A DNA stretch of 56,663 nt, counting the filler, from Sphacelaria rigidula (lineage: Eukaryota), in assembly GCA_964200075.2 (NCBI GenBank). It is 6 parts of 6 records of this genome, joined end to end, with 100 filler letters (N's around TTAATTAATTAA, not from the genome) between each part and the next. Parts side by side here need not be neighbours in the genome. Positions count along the whole stretch, not along the records: positions 28,385 to 37,744 come from CAXNAA020008678.1; positions 37,845 to 47,204 come from CAXNAA020008679.1; 4 more parts are not named here. One strand, written 5' to 3'. Position numbers and translations under genes: made by a program. The notes under the pieces are model-generated. The model was not told where the DNA came from. It saw only the letters and a program-made list of their open reading frames with translations, and made no database searches. The first letter of the stretch is position 1. Each line of letters starts with the position of its first letter. Below, in pieces: positions 35,512 through 47,304 of this stretch.

Positions 35512-37518
35512 ATGGACAACACATCAACATCGGGAGCAGCAGCAGCAGCGGGAGGAACAGCTTCGCAAAGCCAAGGCCAACACCCCCACAGCACAGCAGG
35601 AGCTCGAGCAAAGGCAGGAGCAAAAGAGGGAAGGGCCACAGGAAGGGAACCACGCCGAGCCTCGGCACCACAAGCCGGAGGCACGCACAGCAACCCGATC
35701 TCCGTCAACCAGCATGCCCGCCCGCAAGGTAGTGCAGGCCAGTTAAACACTGACGCACCTGCACCCCCCCCACCGCCACTCGGACCTCCACCAAGCCCAA
35801 GCGAGCCATCAGACATTTTAGCTCAAATCCTGCAGGCACAGGCAAAAACGAACATCAACATGGAACAGCAACACCAGCAAAGCCTCCACCGATAGCAGCA
35901 ACAGAGCCAGGCAATCTCGAACCTTCAACAGCAGGTACATCTTCTCCACTACGGACAACCACAACAGAGTGGCGGGGCCGTCCAAGGAGGGGTCGGCCGG
36001 CAGCCGGCGGGCGCCGCAAAGCAACAGCACATGGCGGGGGGAAGAGCAAACGGGGCCTCCCCGCTTGCACCCAGCGCCACACTGCCACCACCCATCGGAG
36101 GGCCACTACCGCATCACCAACTCCAACAGTCGCAGCCACATCACCATCATCAACAGCAGCAACAGCAGCAACAGCATCAACCTCGGCAGCACGAGCAGCA
36201 CCAACAACCGCAGACGCCGCAGCAACAACAGCAACCGCAGCCGGACCAGCACCACGTACAACAACTCCATCAACAGCAAGCACAGCCATACCACCAAGCA
36301 CAGCCGCAATCCCCGATCCACCAACTCCTTCAACTTCTCAGCGGCGGGGGAGGGGGTCAGATCCAACAACTCATGCATGCAATGGGAGCGGCCAACGCCG
36401 CCCCCGCCAGTACGAAGAAAGCCGAAGAAATGCAGGAGAAGCGGGATATCAACAGCTGGCTCTCGGACGAAAACAAGGCACTCTTCCACATCCTCAGGGG
36501 CGGGGTCTCCATTCCCATTCCCATGTCTGACGCAAACTTGAAACTAAAACTCCGCGACGTGGCCGACACCAACCGGGGCATGCTGAGCAATCTCCAGACG
36601 TTGACCGACGTAGACGTCACCAACTTCCACTCCCCGGTGCCGCCTGGCATAAAAAAACCCTACTTTCGCGCTGAGGTCCATGTCACAACATTCACCAAGG
36701 CGCTGACCATCATCATCAACTTCGGCACCACCGACAACGACGGCGGGCGGGATAGGCGAGCCTTCATCACAGTAGAACTGTCGAGGATGGCGTCGGCGCT
36801 GCACGCGTATACGGGGAAAAATTACGCCGCTCTACACAGAGACGAAGCGGCCGTCAAAACCCGCATAATCACTGACTTTAACCACGACATCAACGGGTGG
36901 CTCACAGAATGCAGGGACGCGGGATTGAACCTACGCAAAGAGTCTCCCGCCGCCCCACCCGCCAACAGGCAGGGCCCCGCGGCGCCGGTGCCATCGTTCA
37001 CCCGTGTAAAAACGCTCACCGCCGACGGCCACCCTAGCAGCCTCATCGGTCGCCAACACCCCGGGCTCGCGGTAGCACGCTCACCTGCGCAGCCCGCCCC
37101 CAAGACAGCCGTCAAGCAAAAGGCACTCCCCGACGGGGGTACGAGCAACGCGGTCAAACGTGTCGCTCACCGACCCCCACCGTACCCGCCCCAGTGGCAA
37201 CACCTTACGTCACCGAACACCGATTTCATTACGGAACTGGCGTCATGGGCCCCGCCGGCGGGCGTCTGCTTACGAGCTTGGCAGGGGCTCACATGCCCAC
37301 GGGGGCGCGGCTGCCGCCTCCCAGACCACATCAGCACCCATGAAGCCGTCGGAGGCCCTCCCCTCCAGCCGCCAACGGCGTTACCGATGCCTCCAACAGC
37401 ACCGACGGCGGCGTCGGCAAAACCACCAGCGCCGGCAGCATCGGCGACCGCAGCGAGTACAGTGGCGCGTTTTCCCCACAGCTTCGGCGGGAATGGCGGA
37501 GCTGGGCGGGGCACCTGA
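35512..37518 (+). pseudogene. Gag-like ORF1 of a probable DIRS/Ngaro (tyrosine-recombinase) retrotransposon with one nonsense codon
   Basis: ORFs 35497-35895 and 36031-37518 share a frame, split only by TAG at 35893; low-complexity Q/P/A N-terminus; C-terminal CCCH-like CLRAWQGLTCPRGRGCRLPDH; a second overlapping frame runs to the contig end. RT and YR are not visible. Confidence 0.55.
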
Positions 37519-37744
37519 GGGTGCGGGCTCCGCCAGTCGGCGGGGCCTACCAGTCTTGGGGGAGGAGGAGCACTGGTCACGGACTCAGCGAGGTCGGTGG
37601 GTATCGCCCACGCCCCCCAACCGGGGTCGGTGGCGGCAAGCTTCTTTCACGGTGAGAGCAGAAGTACCAACGCACGTAACAACCCATATGCACGTCACAG
37701 CGGTAGACCGCGTAGTTCCATTCCGCACTTCCCACAACCGAAAA

Positions 37745-37844
37745 NNNNNNNNNNNNNNNNNNNNNNNNNNNNNNNNNNNNNNNNNNNNTTAATTAATTAA
37801 NNNNNNNNNNNNNNNNNNNNNNNNNNNNNNNNNNNNNNNNNNNN
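37745..37844. other. Artificial contig linker
   Basis: Same cassette. Confidence 0.97.
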
Positions 37845-38489
37845 AGTTGAAGTCATGTTCCGCAGTTTCAACTATCTCGAGCTCAGACAGGAGATCATCG
37901 TGGGAAGAGGGTTGGGCACTGTTAGCTTCAGCAGATCGCTTCACGGGCGATGCTGCACACGGGAGAAAGCTGTATGACGTATGACATTCCTCACAGCACA
38001 CGTTACAAGCGTTTGTTGCTGAATAGGCTCATGTATCAACAAGAACAGGGCGAGTTAGTGCAGATTTCTCTAGGTACGGGTCCCACTCTGTGGGCATCGG
38101 TCTTGAAACACACATCCTCGTCTGTTGAGCAATAAATATGCTGTTTGCTGCTACGGGTTCGACACTGCGTACAAACCGCGACGTTACGCCTTCGGTGGTA
38201 CTACCTGCTCACTGCACAGCGGCAGGGTGCAGGGTGACGAAGCTCACCACAGAACGCCACATCCTCAGCCTACCCCTGTGCTGCATTAATTTCGCACTGT
38301 CCTATGTAGTCTGCCACACCATGCACGCAAACGCTTGTATCTGCTGTCCACGTGCACGCGGGATATCATTTTGTACAGCTCTTCGTGTTGTAGCCACAGC
38401 GTTCGTTTGCCCCAGGTTGCGCACGTAGGAGTGAAAGGCCGCCTCTGCTGCTGTCATGGCTGCCTGTATCTGGGGCGAAAATAAAATTG

Positions 38490-39399
38490 TTTGCGCGAAG
38501 GGCGATTATGTCCGAGCGTTCAAGATCAGCACTCCGCAAACACTGAGGGCTCGTCCGGAATCAGCCGAAGAACTTAAACATGAGACATGTCTTGTCTCAC
38601 TGTACTGCAGCACAAACATACTCACTTCTGCCCTCATGTGCTGTAGCCATCACTGTTTTGGGGTGTCTTTTGACCTTGGGAAGATGGTTTGGTCTCCGCT
38701 GAGATTGCTTGATGTGCTGTATTGTTGTGTTCGTCTCTCTGTAACCAAGCTGTAACATATAGTATCAGTCAGGACGCAGTGCTGTCTACACATTTGACTG
38801 TTGAAAATTTCAAATTTCATGTTACCCGGACCCATCACTTGCGCGATACCGAACACTTCTGGGAAAAGGCACGCAACCAGCACCAGTATACACCGCTCGA
38901 CCGACTGGGCCAGACCCCATGCTCCGATGAAAGGAGCGACGCACAGCACAGTGCAGATATACTGCACCGCCAGGGTACTGCTTGCACCCGTCAGCATGAC
39001 CAGCATGACGGCTGCTGCCGTTGGCATCGGCGCCAGCGCTCGCGGCCACGGCAAGACACGGCCCAGGACCCATACATGCGGATACGTTTGTAGCAAATGA
39101 AAGTATTTGCGCGAAGGACTATTATGTCCGAGCGTTCAAGATTAGCACCCTGCAAACACTGAGGGCTCGTCCGAAATCAGCCCAAGACTCCAAACATGAG
39201 ACATGTCTTGTCTCATACTGTACTGCAGCACAAACACACTCGCTTCCGCTCACATGTGCTGTAGCTGTCACTGTTCTGGGGTGTGTTTAGACCTTGCGAA
39301 GACGGTTTGGTCTCCGCTTAGATTGCTTGATGTGCTGTATTGTTGTGTTCGTCTCTCTGTAACCAAGCTGTAACATATAGTATCAGTCAGGACGCTGTG
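38490..39399. repeat. ~290-bp direct duplication (38490-38781 / 39106-39399)
   Basis: tttgcgcgaagg...catatagtatcagtcaggacgc present twice with different sequence between the copies. Confidence 0.92.
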
Positions 39400-39893
39400 A
39401 TTTCGCAACAAGAAAAGTTGATCCATACTGTATACAGTCCATCTTCGGTTTCTCAAAGTAGAAAACAATGCAGAACTGCCGTGTTGTCATGTGTTCAGCG
39501 CAGAACTCTGTTGGCCATATACTACCGCAGAGTTGTCTTGATTTCAGCGTAGAACCCTGTACTCCATGTAATGGGGTCATATTTTGAGCAGTTTTTCGAA
39601 AAATTCTCGTTGTTTTTTAAATGTATTCCGAAAAGAACGCGAATGTTTTCTGTCACAGAAATGTAATGCCAGATCTGGAATAGCCTGAGACAACAACCAG
39701 TTCGAAAATTGGAAACAAACAAGCCAAATAACGCAATTTCCTCACCAGCCGGTGGGGGGGGCGTTTGCCCGCGCCGCGGATTGTTTTCCTGTGATCTAAT
39801 GAAAAACAATCGATGTACTGGCCGCTGGCGCGGCCAGTTGACTCAACTGGACAGAGTAGTCAGTCCACCGCCCTACCAATATTGGTTTTGCAC

Positions 39894-40310
39894 CTAGGAC
39901 CCCAGCATTTCGGCTATTGAGATCCAAATTTTCATTACGTGTAGTAGTTTTCGGAAGCTATCAGTAGGTCAAGAGATGGAACCATACTTGCAAGATTTGG
40001 TGTGGATACGAAGATTTGAAAGCTCCGGGTTTTCATCCCCAATGAAAGATTCATCCCCAATTTGTGAAATCCCATGTTTGTCGTACTTGAGATCGCGGCG
40101 TTATGCACTCAGGAAGCAAGTCGGCTCACGGGACATCACAGCCCCCCGCACACATACAACAACTTGGAAATCTGGTTGCAAATTTTGCTGAAGTAGCGAC
40201 GGCGGACCGGAAAAGCCCCCCAAAAGCCAAAAACACCTTATTGTTGTACGTTTGGGTTTACCGCGACTTAGTATCACGCGCAAACGCAATCAAGTAACTT
40301 GGGGACCTAG
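39894..40310. mobile_element. Possible MITE (11-bp imperfect TIR)
   Basis: ctaggacccca ... tggggacctag, one mismatch; non-coding interior. Confidence 0.35.
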
Positions 40311-40815
40311 CTTGGGTGTGAGGTAAGCGTACGCACGAAACCACAGTCCAATCCTCCGCCTCGTTGTCGATATCTAACCGTTGCGCGATCGGCACAACAC
40401 CATACAGCAACAAGATGGGCACAACAACGACACGAGCAGCGGTTTCTATCCTCCTGATGCTGTGACCTCCTGTACAGGAGTACAGAAACGTCGGTCACGC
40501 TCTGTTGTGGAATGCACTGGAATAATAGTACATTTTGTATGAGCGTGGCCATTTCGAAGTGACGCGTGTACTCTTTATTGATATGAATCGCCCAATTACC
40601 ATCCAATTGTTCGGCATACAGCGGTCGGGGCGGACTTTCCCGGGAAATAGTACCCAAAATCGGCCTCCATTCCGGCCCATAACGGTGACACGGTATCCCC
40701 CAGAAACAATCAAACTGATACTCATCGCCTAGATTTGTACGAATCATGACTTTCACTGAAGATGGATACTCTTGACGAGTGCTATGCTAAAGATACGCCG
40801 GGAAAAAAGCAGGAA

Positions 40816-41006
40816 CCTTTACGTTACACGTTCACATTCAACGCTTCACGTCAAACGTCAAGCCAGGCTAGTACTATGGTGGGGGACGGGGACCACGTGT
40901 TCATAAGTCAAGTCAGATCAGGGCTGCTCACGTGAGTCCCCGCCATGGTAGAAGCCTGGTTGAACTATTTACGTGAAACGTGAAACGTGAACGTGTAGCG
41001 TGTAGG
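40816..41006. mobile_element. Hairpin MITE-like element with ~80-bp imperfect arms
   Basis: acgttacacgttcac...ccaggct..tactatgg is the reverse complement of ccatggta..agcctgg...gtgaacgtgtagcgt. Confidence 0.75.
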
Positions 41007-43489
41007 GCCCCGCGAAAAAGGGCGTGCACGGTCCCTGTCAACAAGTTACGTCTCTCGCGGGCGGAAAAGGACGAAACTTGATCGGAGGAAGCAGACACGA
41101 TTAATTCAAACTTCACGCCCGCCCCATCCTCATCAATCATCACATCATCCCGTGCTGTCACATCAAAACCCGACTCCAACTGCGCTGTCCGGCGTAGCCG
41201 CTTCGTGTTCGTCCCAGTGGTGATGCCACTGCCGCAGCTTCTTTTCATAGCCGCGCCTCTGGAGTCACCATTGCCCGTGCTGCCGCGACTACTGGGTTGC
41301 GCAGTAAGCAGTTGGCCGCTACTTTTCAACCCCTTGAAAACACGCGCAGGCGCGACAGTCGTCCCTATTTCCAATTTCATGCGCGTCTCTGCCCGATCTG
41401 GAGAAACCCAATCTGTTGGGACTGCATCGGGGGGCGGTCCCAGAGCAGTACCCGGTGTTGTCAATTTGTCACCCCGTCGCCTAGTACCAATGGCTCCCGA
41501 GCTGAGAGAAACAGTAGCGTCGCGGTCACCATCGTTCGCGTTGGGGCCAACATCGCTCAGGTGGATTTCTTCATGGACACGTCCTGCTGCATCACACGAC
41601 ATGACCAGCTCGTGTGCAGCATGGGCGCAGATTTTCTCGTGTTCCCGAACCTGGTGAACACAGCGCTGCGACGTGTATTGATGACGCATGCCCGCCTGGA
41701 TGTGCAGGGCGCAGACCTCTGCCTTCGTGCCACCGGTTGCACCGAACGACGGCCGGTTGAAGTAGCCCTCCTGGACGCAACGCTTGTGTTTTGCGTCAAG
41801 CATATCCGCGCGGGCGTGCATGGCGCATAACTTTGTCATCTCGCCACCGGCTGCACAGAACGATGCTTGTTTCGAGCATCCCTCCTGGACGCAACGCTTG
41901 TGTTTTGCCTCAACCATGTCCGTCAGGGCGTGTGTGGCGCAATACTCCGCCTTCCTACTTTGGGCTGCACCGAACGATGGGCATTTGGAGCATCCATCCT
42001 GGACGCAACGCTTGCGTTTCACGTCAACCATGCCCGTCAGGGCGTGTGTGGCGCAATACTCCGCCTTCCTACTATGGGCTGCACCGAACGATGGGCGTTT
42101 GGAGCATCCATCCTTGCCGCAACGCTTGCTTTTCACGTCAACCATGTCAGCCCGGGCGTGTGTGGCGCATAACTCTGCCTTCCCGCCACCGGCTGAACGA
42201 AATGATGGTAGTTTGGAGCAGCCCTCCTTGACGCACTGCTCGCGTCCCGTAGCAACCATGTCCGCCCGGGCGTGTGTGGCGCAGAACACCGCCCTCTTTT
42301 CACCGGGTGTGCCGAACGATGGTTGTTTGGAGCATCCCTCCTTGCCGCACCGCTTTTTTCTCACATTAACCATGCAAGCCCGGGCGTGTGTGGCGCAAAA
42401 CTCTACCTTCCCGCCACCGGCTGCACCGAACGATGATTGTTTCGAGCAGCCCTCATGTTCGCACCGCTTGGCTTTCATGTTAACCATGCCCGCCAGGGCG
42501 TGTGTGGAGCAGAACTTCGCCTTCCTACTATGGGCTACACCGAACAATGGGTATTTGGAGCACCCTTCCTTGCCGCATTGCTTGCTTCTTACGTTAACCA
42601 TGTCAGCCCGGGCGTGTGTGGCGCAAAACTCCGCCTTCCTGCCACCGGCTGCACAGAACGATGCTTGTATCGAGCAGCCCTCATTGCCGCACCGCTCGGC
42701 TTTTGTGTTAACCATGCCCGCCAGGGCGTGTGTGGCACAATACTCCGCCTTCCTACTATGGGCTGTACCGAACGATGGGCGTTTGGAGCATCCATCCTTG
42801 CCGCAACGCTTGCTTCTAACGTTAACCATGCCAGACCGGGCCTGTGTGGCGCAGAACTCTGCCTTCCCTCCATCGGCTGAACCAAACGATGATCGTTTGG
42901 AGCAGCCCTCCTTGACGCACTGCTTGCCTTTTACGTTAACCATGCCAGACCGGGCGTGTGTGGCGCAGAACTCTGCCTTCCTGCCACCGGCTGCACCGAA
43001 CGATGAATGTTTGAAGCATCCCTCCTCGCCGCATTGCTTGTTTTTGACATCAATCATGCCAGACCGGGCGTGTGTGGCGCAGAACTCTGCCTTCCCGCCA
43101 CCGGCTGCACCGTACGATGGTTGTTTGAAGCATCCATCCTCGCCGCACCGCTTGTTTTTGACATCAACCATGCCAGACCGGGCGTGTGTGGCGCAAAACT
43201 CCGCCTTCCCGCCATCGGCTGCACCGAACGACGGGTATTTGGAGCAGCCCTCCTTATTGCACCGCATGCTGGCAACAGTGGCCATACCTGCCGGCGTGTT
43301 TGTGGCGTAGAACTCCGCCCTCTTGCCATGGGCTGCACCGGACGATGGGTAGTTGGAGCAACCCTCCGTGTTGCACTGCATGTCGACATCATTGGCCATG
43401 TCTCCCAGCGTGTTTGTGGCGCAAACCTCCGCCCTCTTGTCACCGGCTGTACCGAACGATGGTGATTTGAAGCAGCCTGCACCACACAA
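40928..43489 (-). CDS. EsV-1-7 cysteine-rich repeat protein (16 x 38 aa)
   Basis: 853-codon open frame; consensus C..EGCSK.PSFG.AGG.KAEFCATHAR.GMV.VK.KR. Track start is TTG, first in-frame ATG is 43399 and there is an in-frame stop at 43556-43558, so an upstream exon is possible. Confidence 0.92.
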   Translation of the reverse strand: MCGAGCFKSPSFGTAGDKRAEVCATNTLGDMANDVDMQCNTEGCSNYPSSGAAHGKRAEFYATNTPAGMATVASMRCNKEGCSKYPSFGAADGGKAEFCATHARSGMVDVKNKRCGEDGCFKQPSYGAAGGGKAEFCATHARSGMIDVKNKQCGEEGCFKHSSFGAAGGRKAEFCATHARSGMVNVKGKQCVKEGCSKRSSFGSADGGKAEFCATQARSGMVNVRSKRCGKDGCSKRPSFGTAHSRKAEYCATHALAGMVNTKAERCGNEGCSIQASFCAAGGRKAEFCATHARADMVNVRSKQCGKEGCSKYPLFGVAHSRKAKFCSTHALAGMVNMKAKRCEHEGCSKQSSFGAAGGGKVEFCATHARACMVNVRKKRCGKEGCSKQPSFGTPGEKRAVFCATHARADMVATGREQCVKEGCSKLPSFRSAGGGKAELCATHARADMVDVKSKRCGKDGCSKRPSFGAAHSRKAEYCATHALTGMVDVKRKRCVQDGCSKCPSFGAAQSRKAEYCATHALTDMVEAKHKRCVQEGCSKQASFCAAGGEMTKLCAMHARADMLDAKHKRCVQEGYFNRPSFGATGGTKAEVCALHIQAGMRHQYTSQRCVHQVREHEKICAHAAHELVMSCDAAGRVHEEIHLSDVGPNANDGDRDATVSLSSGAIGTRRRGDKLTTPGTALGPPPDAVPTDWVSPDRAETRMKLEIGTTVAPARVFKGLKSSGQLLTAQPSSRGSTGNGDSRGAAMKRSCGSGITTGTNTKRLRRTAQLESGFDVTARDDVMIDEDGAGVKFELIVSASSDQVSSFSARERRNLLTGTVHALFRGALHATRSRFTFHVNSSTRLLPWRGLT

Positions 43490-46400
43490 CCAGCATAGAT
43501 AATCATATGTCGTGCCACTGTGTGCTGGAGGTGCAATGTCATGAGGGCATCCGAGTCACCAAAAGACACGTGGCACGTAGGCTAAAGTGGACGACAACCC
43601 AACCGTGGAGTCAGCAGACGAGAAGGATAGCTACTGCAGCGTGGTAGCTACAGGCAGTATAGTGCCTTTTCCATGAGGACCACAGTCCCGTTGCTGCAAC
43701 TGCAGCATGGGCGACTTGACTAGGGGGGGCGTGTTCAACTTTGATCAGGCACAGAAGTCTATACTGTAGGTGGTTCGATGTAAGACCGGGTCGACCCATG
43801 CCGAGTGAGGCGGCCCTATATCGAAAACGGCGTACAATCGAGTCAGGGCCGCTTCGGATAAGGTTGAACCCGCTTCATGGAACCGGCCTCATGTCGGGTT
43901 GACAAGCTGCAAGTGTTGTCCCAGTCGATGGATAATTGAATCACTGCATTAACTTACTTTATTCATGGTGTGGTGTTGCTTCTGGAGTGATACGCACCCC
44001 AGCCTGTGGACCACGCGATGGTGCAGGACTGGCCCCTTCTGATTCAAGGCCAATTTTCGCGAACACAGGGAAAAGGGCCTCACATCAAAAGAGGTGTGAC
44101 ACGGGAATTTGGTGGCGAAAATCTGAAATGGCCTCATTGAAAGCGGCCTCATATCGGGTTGCCTACTATAGTGTCAAGGTCGCTGGTACGATTTGTCCAC
44201 GAATAGGATTCGCTCAAGTCGACGCACCAAGGGTCACTCTGCTTCCGTGCGGCTCGCATCGTGAGTACTACAAGCAGGACAGTTACATGTGAGTGACATC
44301 TGTCTGCCATAAACGATCGACCTCGAAAGTGCATAACAGGTGGGTGATCGTGTGGAGGTGGGCAGCACATGTCGATTCGATCACGCGTCTAGCACTGCAA
44401 TGCACTCTTGGGACACATCACTTCATCCTGTGTGGGTACTGGAGGGATGCTCCACACGAGTTGCGGTGACGGCGAGCACATTGTGTATACTACCGAGAAG
44501 CCATACGGCGCTTACTAGACGCTTGATAACAGGGAGCTGTACTCATATCAGTGGTCCCTGTCACCACCTGTATCCAAGCGCTACAGAGCTCCGAACGAGG
44601 GCAAGTTTGTGGGAAAATAGTCTTCACGAGGTCTAGTGATGATACTCCGTTGCTGCCCCTTTGCATGGAGGGTGGATACGCTGGACTTGTAACGCTTCAG
44701 AAGGGTGGAATGAAATGAGCTGGTAAAATGTTGGGCACGGAAGATTTTTCATACAATGCCAGGATGCGAAAACAAAGACTCTTGGGTATACTTTCAATAG
44801 TTCCTAGCCGAACAAGGGACTTTTTGTACATTGTTCGTAGTCCGCGATGTTTGACAATAGTGGACGACCAACGGGCTGGTTAACAGGTGGTTTTGTAGAC
44901 CGTTTTGGTCTTTGAAAATGTTGATTTTCGGCTCTAGCGCGATGGAAAGTATGATACAAGGAGGGGTTCATAAATTATTCACGCGAGCGATCGGGATCCA
45001 TCAACGCCGCCCCCGATGCTATTTAGTTTAGTGTAGCCCCACCCTCCCTCTGCAATACAGAAGTAGGTTTAACAATTTTCGTAGTAGCGTATTATCCTGA
45101 ATTCGCCAGCGTAGTGTTCTTCCTTTGCATCTGAAAGTCCTAGCGTCGATAGATCTTGGGACAAGAAGCGGGTGGTGTTCACGACACAATCTTCATGTTG
45201 GTGTTTGTCGCAGTGATTCAAAGTAAGGACCTCGTTCATCAGGGGGTGTTATTTACGGTCACTAGTCCAAGAAACACCGTGGCTCTTGTGCAACGACTAG
45301 GTAGAAACTGAAAACAAGAAATTCTCGCATCTTTTTACGAGAAATGTCGGGATTGCTCCAGTCAAGCAAAATTTCCCAAGGGTTGGAATCTGGGGCTGGG
45401 AAGTCGCAGGATTTCCGAGGACCCGTCAGCCCGTAAGCCGTTCAATCGTGTGCAGCGATGACTCTTGTGCGGGATGTGGGCCGGATGCGTTGTATCTCCC
45501 GGTCCAGAGTGGTTGTACGGTAGGGATGCATAGTTCTTTTTCAGGGTCTTGACTCTGGGAGTCTCTCGATGACAAACATCTAGGCCTCAGTGTGCAGCCT
45601 CACAAAACAGGTGGACTGAAAAAAAAAAAACATCGCAGGATCGTACACCTGTCAAACTCTACAATAAATCGTTCATCGGGATGAGCCGCGGCACGCGACA
45701 AAACTATCGAACATCGCCGACCACATAGAAGTACGAAAATCCCCACCAACAGGCGCCCTACGGCACAAGACGTTGGCATGACGCGAGGCAGAGCTTATCT
45801 GCGGGCCATGCAGACGGTGGACGTATGGAGGTGTGGGTCTATCGATACCTCAGCAGCTGTGACTCGTGCGTCCATTCTTCACGTGGTGCACTTGAAAAGG
45901 ACAGAGCTGAGTACACTTGGCATAGGGACTACTCCGGGGTAAACGTTATGACACAAGGACACGCAAATCACAAAATACCTGACCGTGTATTCGCCTCAGG
46001 GAATGAGAATACCCTGGCATGGCACAACTGTTTTGAGAGAGGATTCCGAAAGAATCATGTCTGATGGAAACGCAACCAATCGCCACCTCCCCTGTTTGGG
46101 CTCGGGAGTGACACTCGGGGCTATGAGCTCAGGGCCATGAAATATATCCCGGAAATTGGTACATTCACTCGTCAAGGCCACTGCACGCCGTGGCAAATAA
46201 AATATCTCTCCATACAGAAGTGGAGTCCGGGTTACTTCGCGATTGCTGAGACTGTTGCAGCCGGAAACGGTACGGTGTGCTGAAGAATTTACGTCGTTCC
46301 CAGGAAAAAAAAGACAACAAAAACATCACCGAGTCATTTCACGAGAAATCGACGTCATGACATCATGCGCTCCGCTGCTATAAGCCATACGCACGCAAAA

Positions 46401-47204
46401 CGCTTATGGGCAATGGTCTAGAAAAGGTAAACCTTATGGTATTTTGACCAAGAAAGATACCAAAAATGGACAGAAACGCAAAAACAGCAAGACACACAAT
46501 ATAGGCCGATTTCGCTCCAAAGTTTCCATGCACAGCAATCGAGGGCTCTCGGCACCCGGGCCTTCGAAAAATATACAAAAAAATGTTACTCGCGAGATAT
46601 GGCCATGCGCACAAGGATGTCTTGCCTCCACAAACCACTGCCCCTTTCTACGCCAAATTCAGGCCAGGCATACCTGATGTAGGAATTCTTCTTCAATCGT
46701 ACATTATCTGGGCCACCAGTCTGCTCAAAAAGTACGTATCCTGAGCCATATCTTCCCAGACTGTAACTGATGCGGCACGCTGCGCGCAAGGGAATCCATG
46801 CGCCAACTCCAACCATGGCGTCCACATATTCGGCTCTTTTCTTGCCAATTTGCCGTTCACAAACACCACAACGACCACATGTTACTTACCCTCACGCCAC
46901 AACCACTACAGTATTGGGCGAAAATCAAAAACAGTTGTTTCGGACCAAAATTTGAGCTCTTTTTCATCCTCTCGCACACTGTTGCAACGCCCAGCCCCAG
47001 ATCTAGACGCATGTGCTTGTTGATTGTGGTCTACATGCCATGTTACCGAAGTTTCAGCACATAGCAGCCAAGACAGCGCGCGAACGACCCGTGCCTCCTG
47101 CCCTGAGCATCTCTACAGTCGATACCGGAATGACTGTTCTACGAGCCCTTGACGGTGTCCGATTTGATTTTCGATTCTTTTATTGCATTCGTTGGCGTTT
47201 TTCG

Positions 47205-47304
47205 NNNNNNNNNNNNNNNNNNNNNNNNNNNNNNNNNNNNNNNNNNNNTTAATTAATTAANNNNNNNNNNNNNNNNNNNNNNNNNNNNNNNNNNNNNNNN
47301 NNNN
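47205..47304. other. Artificial contig linker
   Basis: Same cassette. Confidence 0.97.

Noticed and set aside
41784-43310. 508-aa plus-strand ORF
   Set aside because: Antisense shadow of the 114-bp EsV-1-7 repeats.
18924-43489. FNIP plus EsV-1-7 genes as one endogenous giant-virus locus or defence cluster
   Set aside because: They lie on different concatenated contigs, no NCLDV core genes are seen, and the FNIP gene has spliceosomal introns.
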